Under the pieces are notes generated by a model that saw nothing but the letters and a program-made list of their open reading frames with translations, searched no databases and was not told the DNA's origin. Position numbers and translations under genes: made by a program. Below are positions 40,632 through 52,634 of a DNA stretch of 64,000 nt, piece after piece (the first letter of the stretch is position 1; every line of letters begins with the position of its first letter). Origin of the DNA: Psilocybe cubensis (taxonomy: Eukaryota); the NCBI GenBank assembly GCA_017499595.2, contig CM039006.1:2914001-2978000 (forward strand), written 5' to 3'.

Positions 40632-42136
40632 ATGCCTGCTTTCAACCTTCCCCTTCTTTACGACACAATCATTGTCGACATTCTGAATGTTTTCTGCACA
40701 TACTCATACAATGGTTTCAATAGTACCATTGACTCCAAGGTCTTTAGCAGGATGGTTGCCTCACAGATATGGGGGGATCACGAAACAGGAAAACTTACAA
40801 ACGATGAGGCTCATGCAGCACTTGCCAAAGAGTTCAAAGTGAACATAGATGACGTCCGTTCTGCCATGATTGGAGCAATAACAACTCTATCCCCTCGACA
40901 AGAGATGGTTGATCTGATTCGATCCCTAAAATCTGGGCGCAAAATTTACGCGATGTCAAATATGTCTGAACATTCATGGAACATGATCAGGCATGCCAAA
41001 CCTACGCACTGGGATATCTTTGATGACGTCTTCATATCTGGTTCTGTTGGGTATCGCAAACCTGAAATGTTGTTCTATCAACATGTTCTCCAGAAAACGG
41101 GCGCTAAACCTTTGCACACCATATTTTTAGACGACACCCAGGAGAACCTGGCAACAGCACGTATATTTGGAATTAGGCCCATCATTTTTGACAGCTTTTC
41201 CAATCTTGAAAGGACCCTAATAAACCTATGCGGTGATCCTGTCTCCCGAGCTAAAGCTTTCCTTGTCAGAAATTCGAAAAAACACCATTCCTACGCTTCC
41301 ACCGGCCAGATCATCTACGAAAACTTCTGTCAGTTGATGATACTAGAGGCAACCCAAGATCCCTCTATAGTCGATTATCGTGTCCACAAGGAGGAGTGGA
41401 ACTTTTTCCAGAGGTCAAGTGGACAGTATACAGACGCAATATTTCCAGCCGACCTCGATACTACATTCATGGCGTGGACAGTGATCCCGGAGGTTACAAC
41501 CGACACTGTCAAGCACAGAATAATGGATAGAGTAATTTCGGACCTTTTGGATAACGATGGAATTCCACTTTCTTATTTTGATAGAAATCGTGCGAGAAGA
41601 GACCACGGAGTCTGCGTAAACGTTCTCAGCATGTTCTATGCAAGCGGGCGAGGCCATGAGGTCGAACGGGCAACCGACTACGTGTATTCACTGCTTGAAT
41701 CTGGTGCTTATCTAGAAGGATCGAGATACTACAGGTCACCAGAAACATTTCTGTAGTAAGTTATATTATGCTACATATTGTCTCATCCAGCTCATAGCCT
41801 GAAAGCTTTTGTTCTCGATTATTGGAAAGGTCTTCTCTGCTCGAATGTCGTATGGGGGATTTGCTTAAAGAATGCTGCCGTCAGCGCATCGGATCCCCTA
41901 CAGACCCTTTGGCACTAGCCATGCGTCTTCATTGTTGCACACGCCGTGGTCTCGATGCCAGTGTCGATTTTAAGAAGCTCATCGAGTTACAGCAGGTAGA
42001 TGGTGGGTGGGAAGGCGGAATCATCTATACATATGGATTGGTCAATATAACAGTTGGTAATAGGGGCTTAACCACAGCAATAGCTCATAGGGCTATCACA
42101 GAGTATCTCTCCAAGTTTGGTCCCACTTCGAGCTAG
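40632..42136 (+). CDS. Bifunctional HAD-like phosphatase / class II terpene cyclase (drimane-type sesquiterpene synthase, AstC/DrtB-like), 484 aa, one intron 41756-41805
   Basis: N-terminal HAD domain (AMSN, GYRKPEMLFYQHVL, FLDDTQENL = DDxxE); C-terminal cyclase with FPADLDTT (DxDTT, 41451-41465), SYFDRNRARRDHGVCVNVLSMF, GSRYYRSPETFLYF and QW-like QQVDGGW; a 50-nt GT-AG intron joins the two ORFs in frame. Confidence 0.9.
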
Positions 42137-42649
42137 CCTCATACATGATCTGATTTGTAAATAAGCATAAAATATGACACTACCGCGTCGGTGATCGGCT
42201 CGCTTTAACTCTGGACTTCGAATATGAGTATTGGAGAAATTCACAGTTGCGAATTATTCATTTTTAGAGTGTTCTGAGACGACCTGATGGTGCAAAAAGA
42301 CGACTCGGAAATCCGTGGATTTTTTGGCGTGAAAAATGTTAGGTGAATTTGGCTTTGTTTGTTTTGGCTTTGTTTGTTACCTCCACAGTCACTCCTTCTC
42401 ATATTCACTCTGCACTTCCAGCGGTGACTATTCCTGTGGTCCGCCTCGACAAGAAAGGATTCCGGTCAGCCTAGAACTGATGGTTGACAGCAGTCAGCAA
42501 TGGCTCATCTTCCAGTCGCACATTAAGATACCGTCGTACGGGCACGCTCCTTATTGTCCAAGAGTCGTATTCAAACTCACCGCTTTGCGCATCTCGAACA
42601 ACCAACCCTAAACACTTGCTCTCGTCTTCTCTTTCTTATTGTCTCCATG

Positions 42650-43500
42650 CTCGGTGCGCGGGAGTCAGTACATGCAGGAGTCTGGTCGCAGCGGGAATCG
42701 ATCGCATAGAAGGTATTCCAGGTGCGCCGTTGTCAGCGTTGTGCATACGTACGACATACCTAACACTCAAAGGCGGTGGGATTGGGTGTGACCTGGTGTA
42801 AGGTCTGTCTGAGTCACCAAGACAGAAGCAGAGGTTGCAGTGTACTTACCATTGCATACAGTCTTGCTGTACGGGACACTGCGCATACACTTAATGTCGG
42901 GACAATTCCAACAGCGCAACACATGTGGGGAACCGTAGGAAGCTGGGGAGACATTGTGGAGCAAGCATAAACACGGATGGTGAGTACCCCTTTGCTGGAC
43001 TATCGGATTCTGTGGACAGGGGGCGTTTTTCTCAAGTTTTACGGACCAGGACAGTATGCGTTCCCAACATTTCCTGTCTCTGCTGCAGGCTGCTGGAGTT
43101 CTATCCTGTTTACCTCGGTATTGGCACTACCCACCAACGTCTACCTACCCTACCCAAAGAAGACAAACCACGCAGACGGTTTCTGAATGCGGGAACATAT
43201 TGAAAAGTACGCTCATGACAGCATCTCTTCACAGTTCAAGTTGGCCTACCTTCCGAGAGTACTCCCCCACTGTTGGCATATCACTGCCCAACATTTTGCG
43301 CACTTCAGAAAAGCGAGGATGACGGTGGAATTATGTTTGAGTCTGATATCTACTATGCACGCGGGAAATTTATGCGCGAAAACGCACCTATATCTCTGTT
43401 TTTATCCGCTTTTCTCACTAACCCAACAGCGCGACCTTCCAATTTTCCTCCATCCCATTTCTACCATTCAAGGGAGTACCTGCCCTGCTTTGCTGATGTT
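42650..43500 (-). pseudogene. Possible third, more diverged relic of the unidentified family (copy C)
   Basis: Short translated matches in the same order as in copies A and B (QPAAETGNV ~ SAETKTGNI; HRL*V...QRRTW ~ HAVWM...YQRTW); many stops. Confidence 0.3.
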
Positions 43501-44904
43501 TCCTTTCCCGTCCGTCGCATGATCGGCCTCCCTTTGCCCTGGTTACATCTCACCATACCCACGGATGCGAAAGGGTGTATTGGGTGTACCATCGAAGGTT
43601 TTTATGGTGTCTTGTTCGTTGCCAGCGTTGATTCGCACTGTAGCTTGTAACCTATAGGAGCGACACAGTTAGTTTCAAGTCACCACTTTGTCGATAACAG
43701 CACCAAGGGACCTTTGGATTCCAAATCCATGCCATGTCCTCTCCGCCTTTCCTCTTCAACCATCCATATGACGACTATCGCTTCTCCCTTCGATATACAC
43801 CCTTGACGTAAACTGGCTTCTTAACAGATGGACAAATGGGACAGCGAGTCGGTCGGAGTCGATTTGCCTGCGATAGGGAAAATGACATCGTTCCCCATTT
43901 CCCTTCATCATTTCATCATTTCATCATGATACTGATGTGATGTATGGCGTGCAAGCGACTCGATACCGTTTTGCATCCGATACATAGTCTGATTCTGACA
44001 CGTCAAGGGATGTCATCCGATGACACCTCAGCAGGTTGCAGACGCCGGGCGCAATAACCATTTACTGAGAGCAGCTTTGATGTAGCCATAGCGGTCCACC
44101 CCTCTCCCGTTCAATCATGATGGATATGAGCTCAGATGGGTTGCGTCTGATGGTGGGACCACTCGACCACGTATCACCTTTCTGCATCTACTGAACCAGA
44201 GAAGGTACGAACCACACCAAATTATGCTATTTTCACGTATCACACGTCAGGTCGGATGTCAGGTCGGACGTCCACGCACGAGACTCAACACCATCCACTA
44301 TCCCTTGGACACGACACGCGGAGAGTCGTCTCTTTAAATCTTGGATAAGGTAAGCCAATTTGCTTTCACTATGCGTTCGTATTGTGCACTTTAAAATATA
44401 GAGGGTGATCATGGGATTCTGCGCTGCTTTTGAGGCACGCCCGATTGCTAGAAACACATCTTTGTGTTCCATGCCGATGCACCGAGGTAATACACACACC
44501 TGCGGTAGAACCTGTTCACTTCAGAGTGGAGATAACAGATATAGGATTCTGCGCGGGTGTGAAAGTCTACCTGATCGCCAGAACACACGCTCACACGAAC
44601 GTTTAACTCGCATCTCCGGTCTCTTATCTGCATCTCATGGCCTAGTTCAAACTTTACCATTGTGTCTCTCACCAGCATTCACTCTAACACCCTGCCCTGC
44701 TTTGCTGTGCCAATTCAAGTGCTAATCAAACTTGTTCCTCTGTTTTCTCGGTACTCGCCAGCTGATGATCTCTTTGACGCCCCGCGGTGGTCTGTTTCAC
44801 TTTGCCCTGGCTATTTCTTACTATTCTTCAAATCTACGGTCTAAAGCTTGTGATTTCTCTGTATATTAACGTTTACTGGCGTCTATTCTAGTATCGGATC
44901 TCAT

Positions 44905-46612
44905 CTACTCTTTCAATGTCCACATTGAACCTGAATAACCCTGGTAAAGGCGGATCTCGGCTTTCGTTTCTTGATGGCGCCCCATGGACATTCAATAGGA
45001 GTCTGTTGCAAAGTGTCGACGAGAGAGCCACCGAAAAGCCCATTGGTGCGTCGAACCGCTCCTGTAACTTGAATTAGGCGAATTTTGGTTGCAGTGTTAT
45101 GACTATGCGTACACTATCAACTTTCCACACCGCTATGCAGGCAATGTAAACTGCACCGATTCTGTACATCTTAATCAATATTCTGCGTTACGTGGTGGGA
45201 TGAAGGCCGAAAACGTACGCCACGAAATAAAGAACGGAGTCTCGGACCAGGACATCTACGAGTCGGGTCCCCGGTGACCGGCGGTGGTGAATTTCAAAGT
45301 TTCTATAGCCCCTGAAGACGGCCAATGTGCATAGCAGCCACTCAAAGCACAGGGTTGGGATCCAAAATGTGTATAGGTAGCCCGGTATCTTCTCAATGAC
45401 GCAAAACATCCCACCAGGTATGACCGTGGCTCTAATTGTGCCCCCTGTGACGGTGTATGTGAACGAGGCTCCTCGGTCAGCTTGATGAAAATTCCATACC
45501 TCTTCGTTCTTGTACAATGGCGTTTGTCATGATTGAAACACACCCCACGATAGTGAGGAGGTAGAGGGGTACAATACACGCCAGAAATCTTCTACTCTTT
45601 GAGAAAAGGACGTACAATCGGACCTGCAAGATGGCTAGTTTAACCCAGCCGGGTGGAGTCAGAGAGTCGTACATTTTTGTATCAGTGCTGCATGTCGGCT
45701 TGAGATACCTTGTGAAATAATGATTCCAATAACTCCAGACCAGGCTTGCCATTCCATTAGTCGAATACCTTGTCTTCTGTTAGCCGAACTCATCAAGGAA
45801 GCGATTCCAAGTCACTGCTTACAGCTTTGAAAACAGTGCAAATCATCGCTTAAACTGAGCGTTCTTTACGTGAAATCTTGGAGAACGTACAACTGTATTA
45901 TCGTTGGGCATCAGAAAATCCTTCGCATGCAGGAACAGGAAATAAAATGTTTACCTGATCGTTTATGTTGGAAGTGAAGTATGCTAGATAGATGATTCGA
46001 AAGGTTGGCATAGCATGGAAATGACGTTTGATTGTACTCGCCGTATGCTGAGAATCTACGCCCGTCATATTTAATCCAGCTGATAAAACAGGATAAACGA
46101 AACGACATACACGGACGCTACCAGAAAATAGTATCGACTCTGATACACTGGAGTTAGTTTGCGTCGCAACCCGACGTTGAATACGCACGAGGAAGAACAA
46201 CCCTTTCACGGGTGTAAAATGCATGCGCTAAATTATCACGAGGTTCAAATACAATATTCATGTGCAAGACGGTGAAGATATACCCAAAGAAATGATATCT
46301 GATATTCGAGTCAAGATATTCAGTATGGTTATGTGTTGTCCGCTCAGCCATGTTTACCTCCTGATCAAAAGTCAAAACTAAGAAGAGATGAGCGTACAAT
46401 CCATGAATTCTACTTCAGAGGGTCTCATACTATAATCATACAGAATAATGCAAACAGCCGATACTGTAAAGTACAAACATAAGCAGTGTGTTGTGAGGGA
46501 GCCCATGTCACATACGCCTGGCATAACGGGTTATCTGTATGATTCCAATCTCGTGTATTGTCTTCGTCATGATATCATTGGGGAACGATGAAGGGATCAA
46601 TGTCGTGTTCAT
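44905..46612 (-). CDS. 7TM GPCR-like membrane protein, DUF6533 family, copy 9
   Basis: MNTTLIPSSFPNDIMTKTIHEIGIIQITRYAR / SAVCIILYDY / LTFDQE / ISFLW / SRYYFLVASV / FCIRLMEWQ / ILQVRLYVLF / GMFC..FWIPTLCFEWLLC..LVRDSVLYF / RFDAPMGFSVALSSTLCNRLLLNV, TAG at 44905. Confidence 0.88.
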
Positions 46613-48287
46613 GAAGACACACACAGTAATACTTGGTACAATTTGCAGAAGCGTTGTTATAACCCTGTCGTGTGCATATATTTGTCTCGAATCATCGATT
46701 TGGTGAGTATCCGGCGAGCAGGATACATCGATTATTATCAGCTTGTGAGCTTGGATCGGGGATTAAAACCGGTTCTGAGAGGTTCTTCTCCTTTAACTGC
46801 TCCTATACGGATGAGAAGCATGCCCAATCTTATCATGTATCAAGGTTTATGGTGTAAGAAAGTTATATACACAAGTACAATACACATGAGGGCATACTTT
46901 GCCACAAAGAGCTATTTTATCCTGATCGATTAATCAACACAAATTTCTTCGTGAAAACCTGTCCTGCACGTTCTCCTGATCACTTGCTCACTGAGGTTGA
47001 AGTATTACGCTGTGGCTCTACGAAAGCGGATATTCAAGAATTTGGAAGGTGTATGCTGGGAAGTTGTACTTGTGGCAGCCATCTATCTGAATGAAAGACG
47101 CGGGTTTCATTGCTCTAGAAAAGCTGATTTATTGATGTCCAATCAAGAGAGATTGCAGACGTAAATGTGTCTGTTGAAAATCCGCGCACGGACCACCTAA
47201 TCTTAAATTGGCTTTACATTCTCAGGATCTCTGCCGCAACCGGCGTGCCCGGGAGCAAACAGCCAAATTTGGGTATTCTGATTAAGAATCCCTAAACATG
47301 GCACAGAAAAGCAACAGGTGAAGCCAAAGAATAGGAATGATATGAAATGAGGCGAGATACCCGGGAATTCAAAATTGAAGCTCGAGTGTTGGGACGATGT
47401 GTATATACGCACCACTCCCGAGTTGGCGTCTAGAATAAATTAATACGTCTGCATTAATAGGCTCTTTGGATTTGCATACGTGTGCTGTCGGAGGTCCGTC
47501 AACCTGAAATATGGTTCACTGACAATGTAAATGAACTACCATTGTCCAGTCATGTGTGTGTTGTAAACGCGACCAACATTGGTAGAACTGGTCAAAGATT
47601 CTCTGTATGGCCGTCTCAATGTTGAATTCAGTAATTAGGTTTGGTCGTAAGTCTTGCTCTACGTCGTAGTACAACGCCGCTGAGCACTTGTATTGCTCAA
47701 AACCACTGATCATAGGCTTCTAATGCGGTTGAAACTCGGTGAGAATGGTGATAACTAGACCGAATGAATGATTGATACCGGTGACCGTACTCCATCTGTC
47801 AACTGAAGGGAACGTGAACTAAAATTGACAACAATTTCCCAGATTCTCGGCCTGGTAACTTAGTATATTCCTGAAGAACGTGTGTTATCGTTGTTACTAA
47901 CTTGACACAGATTGATATATAGGGCTATCGACAATGATAGGTATTATGTTTAAACATTTTTTCTATCAAATGGCAGGGCCGAGCATTTAAACACATTAAG
48001 GATCTATTGTAGTGTTATAAATTCCAAAGAAACTAGAGGTTGTGTCTCAACCCATGTCCCGACCTCGATATGCAATGTGTTTTGAGATACTATCATATGA
48101 ATTTCCGTTCCGTCTTATAACTCTAGGAATTCCGTAACTCCTGTGGTTTCTAATGGCACGCACGTTTCTAACTACTGATGTAGAGCATCCGCAGATCAGA
48201 AGATTCCATAATAGTGCTATGCCTTACCATGACGGCTGATGTACAGACAGACCTCCCTACGAATATTTGATCTGTCGGTCGTACACT

Positions 48288-48294
48288 TATATAA
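48288..48294 (+). promoter_or_regulatory. Putative TATA box of receptor copy 10
   Basis: TATATAA about 60 nt upstream of the ATG at 48353. Confidence 0.4.
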
Positions 48295-48352
48295 GGGTCC
48301 AGGGATATGAACCATCCCATTGCAGTGGATTGGAAAGTTTGTCTCCTATACG

Positions 48353-50092
48353 ATGGATGTAACATTCCCCATACCTCCATCTCTTCAGCAGGGCTTTGAA
48401 GAATTAATTAGTGCATGGAAGATAGTTCAGCTGACAAAGTACACCAGATGTAGGTCAGACCTTCCAAAATCAATATTAATCAAGTTCTCACTAGTTTATT
48501 TGTGATCCCAATAGTATCTGCGGTATGCATTCTTTTCTACGACTATGGTAGGGCTTACACATTTTAGTCCCTTAACACACCTGACCGAGTGCCATACATA
48601 ATAAGCCATCACATTTGACCAGGAGGTAAGTTCTCCTGAAAAAATAATCTGCAATACATTGATTGAGACCTCAGATATCCTTTCTGTGGGTAAGCAAAAG
48701 TTGCGAATCATGAATCACCGTCTGCGAGTTCTGATAATGACAATTTTTTCCATAGAGCAGAAATTTTAAGTTTGTCAAGCTTCTCTTTCTCCTGGTAAGG
48801 TCATAAGGAGGCCAACAGGATTGAACCAGATGACTGACCTCAAACAGAACCGATACTATTTCACTGGAGTGGCTCCGTATGTGTCAATGTATTATAATCT
48901 ATCCTATTATGTCAGGCTTACTCTCTGGAAGGTTTACAATTTATGGTATAGGCTATTATTATGCTGATAACTCTCGCTAACACTTTTTTCCTCCTCGAAG
49001 CATATTTTTCTGGAAATATAAATTACAATGTACGTTTGACCCACACGTCAATTGGCTGATATAATAATTTTTCTTAGTTGTAGGCCTTTACTTTGCCCTC
49101 TAAATTATTCATGCGTGTGAATGATAGGCCATGACGTTCGTTAATCTCCAGCTGTAAGCAAAGTTGTTCTTCTTTGTGTAGCTGTGTTTTCTGATAGTCA
49201 TACCTGCGCAGGTGTGCATTTTATTAGCTGGGAATTGTGGACTGGTATTATTGGGATTGTAGTTCCTCAAGGTCAGTCCTTGGACATGCCTTGACGTACT
49301 ATTAGAATCCATGGAAGTGTGGAAAATAGTACTGATCTATGTTTCAGCCATTCTGCAGGTACGGATATATGCACTATATTCACAACGGAAGCAACTATTG
49401 GCATACTTGGTTCCCCTCTGCATGATAACCGGTACTGCTTCGGCCACAATCATAAACATAGCCTTCAACCAGGCAAAGACAGGTGAGTTTTATGTCTAAC
49501 GTTACTGTCATTGAAGTGACACATCTAAATTGAAGATGGCGCTATCAATGCACTTCCGACTCCTGGAGGAATGTTTTGTGTCATTGAGCACGTCCCATCC
49601 TATCTATACACCTTTTGGATCCCGATTCTGTCATTTGAGTGCCTGTTGTGCATTTTGGCGCTGATTCAGGGCGTGGAAAACTATAAAGCATATGGAGATC
49701 AATATAACTTGTGCATGCGATTTCATGGAATACTGGTCCGTGACTCTGTGGCATACTTTCTTGCGTGAGCTACCTTTTCACCTGCCTCCCGAAATCCTAA
49801 CCGTTACGTTTACGCTATAAATTATAGGATTGGTGGAACATACTTAGCATGCATGCTAGTTTGGAAACTTTCCCCAGTAAGATTTCTTTTCTTTGGGCAG
49901 GACATTACGGGCCAATGCTGATGTATGCTTCAGAATCGCTTTGACGCTCCTATGGGATTTACTGTGTCTGTGTCTACCACATTATGCAATCGCTTATTGC
50001 TCAGATTGAATGATATGGCATCAACCTCTGTGGATGGCACAGACATAACCACTATGTATACCAGCACCACAGCTAACTCCGACCTTGAATAA
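48353..50092 (+). CDS. 7TM GPCR-like membrane protein, DUF6533 family, copy 10
   Basis: MDVTFPIPPSLQQGFEELISAWKIVQLTKYTR / SAVCILFYDY / ITFDQE / ISFLW / SRNFKFVKLLFLL / NRYYFTGVA / FCVHFISWE / ILQVRIYALY / GMFC..FWIPILSFECLLC..LVRDSVAYF / RFDAPMGFTVSVSTTLCNRLLLRL, TAA ending at 50092. Confidence 0.88.
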
Positions 50093-51250
50093 TGATAGAA
50101 TCCCTCACTGTATCTCAAAAATAATAGTTTTACAAATTTTAGAGTTGCGCCCTCTGGCAGGGTGTTGATCCTGCTTCCATTTTAACTCATTTTTCAGTAA
50201 CAAGTAAACAAAACCAGGCTTATAGTTTTAATTGTTAAATCGACAACCCTTGGTCGGATTCTGATCAGAATTTTGATGCTGGCAAACATCACCATTAGAG
50301 AATAGTTAATTTTTTTGTCCTTTTTTATCTAATATAAGTCGCGAACTTTGTACCTACAGAAGCGGGTATAAAGGAGGACGTGGAACGCAAGTTTCAAACA
50401 CAAGTCAATTGCGCCCGGTTGGGCGTGGGAAAGGTTTGCGTGCGTGGGAGAAAGACAGTTGCTTCTCAAGGGCAAGAGGGGAGAAGTAGCGGGCACTGAG
50501 AGAGTGGTTTAGGGCTTAACATAGCGCAGGCTGAGCTGAGAGTGAAATAGTCGAGTGTAAGGGGTATTAATTGGTGGATAAAGGTGATGTCCGGTCAATG
50601 CCGCTTGCGGCAAGTCGTGGGAATTGGACTTGGGCACACACGCACACAGCGCGACACCGCTTATTACTGGCATTCATTTCACCATCGCTAGCAGCAAAAC
50701 AGCCCCGCCAGCTTTATACATGCATGGTTGTTAGATATTTTGTACGTGACCCTTTTTACTTCTCTAACCTATAAGCATTGAAAGAGTCTTTGATCAATAC
50801 CTCCATTGCAATTGCAAGGATGTGATCTGCCTTCTGTTACTTGTGCGATAGGCCAAGGAGATACGGAGAGAAAAGGGTAGAGATATTGTTATTAAATCTG
50901 CGGTCCCTAGTGGTTTCTGATGGTTTCTGCTCTCAGTATCATCCAATATTTTCTAGAGGGAGCTAATTAACTAGGATGATGCTTGGGCCATGACATGATT
51001 TCCAATGGTCAATGCTAGGCAACACTTATCACATTAATTGTGGGCCATGGTAAGCTGTATGTAAAAGGTATACTAAGATACTTATCATTCAAAGCGGTCC
51101 ATCCTAGATCCATGCGTCGAAAGCACCTTCCCCTTTTACCAGTGGGACTCCAAATGCCACTGACTCTGACTACATATAAAACCCCAGCTTTGTAGATTAT
51201 AGGTCATTATCATCACTTCTTTCATCCTTCTCTCAGATTTACCTTGTACA

Positions 51251-51606
51251 ATGAGCTCCCTAGGTTCAGATTACGAGCAGTTTTGCCACGTATTGGACTT
51301 GAGTGACCGTTTGTAAGTTTTCGATGTTTGAACTCATTTTTGTACGATCGCAGTTGCTAACAGATTCTTTGTAGCATCTTCAATCCTATTGGGGAATGGA
51401 TGATTAAAGATGGAGTAAACGTCAAAATTGAAGACCCTGAGGAGATTCAGAAGCTCTCGGAAACCCGTGGCTTCCTTTTTCACTTGTTCAACGGGAATAC
51501 AGATCGGGAGCACTATATGAGTGTTCACCGTCGTCGTCTGTGCTTGGTGATGAATCAAACAGCCAGTAGACTCCACGGAGCCCATTTGGAACCTTCACAA
51601 ACATAG
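51251..51606 (+). CDS. Small hypothetical spliced gene (about 98 aa) or gene fragment
   Basis: TATAAA about 75 nt upstream, ATG at 51251 and a canonical gtaagt...gctaac...tag intron give MSSLGSDYEQFCHVLDLSDRFIFNPIGEWMIKDGVNVKIEDPEEIQKLSETRGFLFHLF...; no family recognised. Confidence 0.35.
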
Positions 51607-52634
51607 AATTAGATTTCAGAAAGGAAATTTGTCCTCTTCACTTGCCACCCTGCAGCGGCCGTGTTACATTTTGTGCTTCTTGCATTGCTTCTAGCGCTTC
51701 GGTGTTTCTTTTTAAAATATCATTAATCCTTTGTCTTCCAGATACCCTGAAAACCAGTAACAAGCCCAGGTTGCGCATTTACTTGTTTTCTATAGTGAAT
51801 CTGGTGTTATTCTTTCATGTTTTGCAAATGCGATACCTTTTTATACTGAAAAAGTGATATTAAAACTCCTGGTTCCCCTAAGTTACCATTAATGCATGGC
51901 TGGGAAACCACCCAGGCTGGCAGGTATATATGTACTACTTCAAGGTCTGAAGAAGAGCATAGATCTCTGGCTACAAGCATTATCAGGAAGGTTTCTGAGA
52001 AAAGTCACGATGGAAATAAATGTCACTTGTAGTGCGTCGCCTATCAGGTTAGTAGTGAGTATATTAGAAGCTGTCAAGAGAATGAATCGGTTTAAGACTG
52101 CGCGGCCGCTTCGTATCCAGGTACAGGGAACCGATGGAGGTGTGCAGGATGCGCTAAGTTGGATGTTTAGTGTCAGTTTGGTGGCATCTGAGTGTGATTT
52201 ACAACCGCAAATGAGCAAAGATTAGAGATATAGGCTCCTAATATTCAGAGAGCTACTCCGCAAACATTACTGGATTCATAGCAGATGCTGCTATGAAATA
52301 CCACTTCCACCTCATGGCCTATCTTGTCATCCAGTGGGAAGTTCTGGTTACTTCTTCGCATTTTGGATACCCATACTTAGTTTCGAGGCATTACTTTGTT
52401 CCATGGCAATTATTCGAGGGGTTCGAATTGCCACATCCCGAATTTCTGTCAATAGAAAGGTGGACTCAACATTTTTTGGTGACGGCCAACGAATACTTGG
52501 CAGTCTTGTTCAAGATTCAGTCTTGTATTTTTAGCGTACGTTTGATCCTATTACCTCACTACATGCTAACCAGGCACCTTTAAACTTGGACTATGACTAG
52601 TATTGGGGCCACATACGCGACTACGGTTTTTTTC

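Noticed and set aside
44248-44272. Short tandem repeat gtcaggtcgga x2
   Set aside because: Only two units, with no larger structure; not CRISPR-like, and the sequence is eukaryotic
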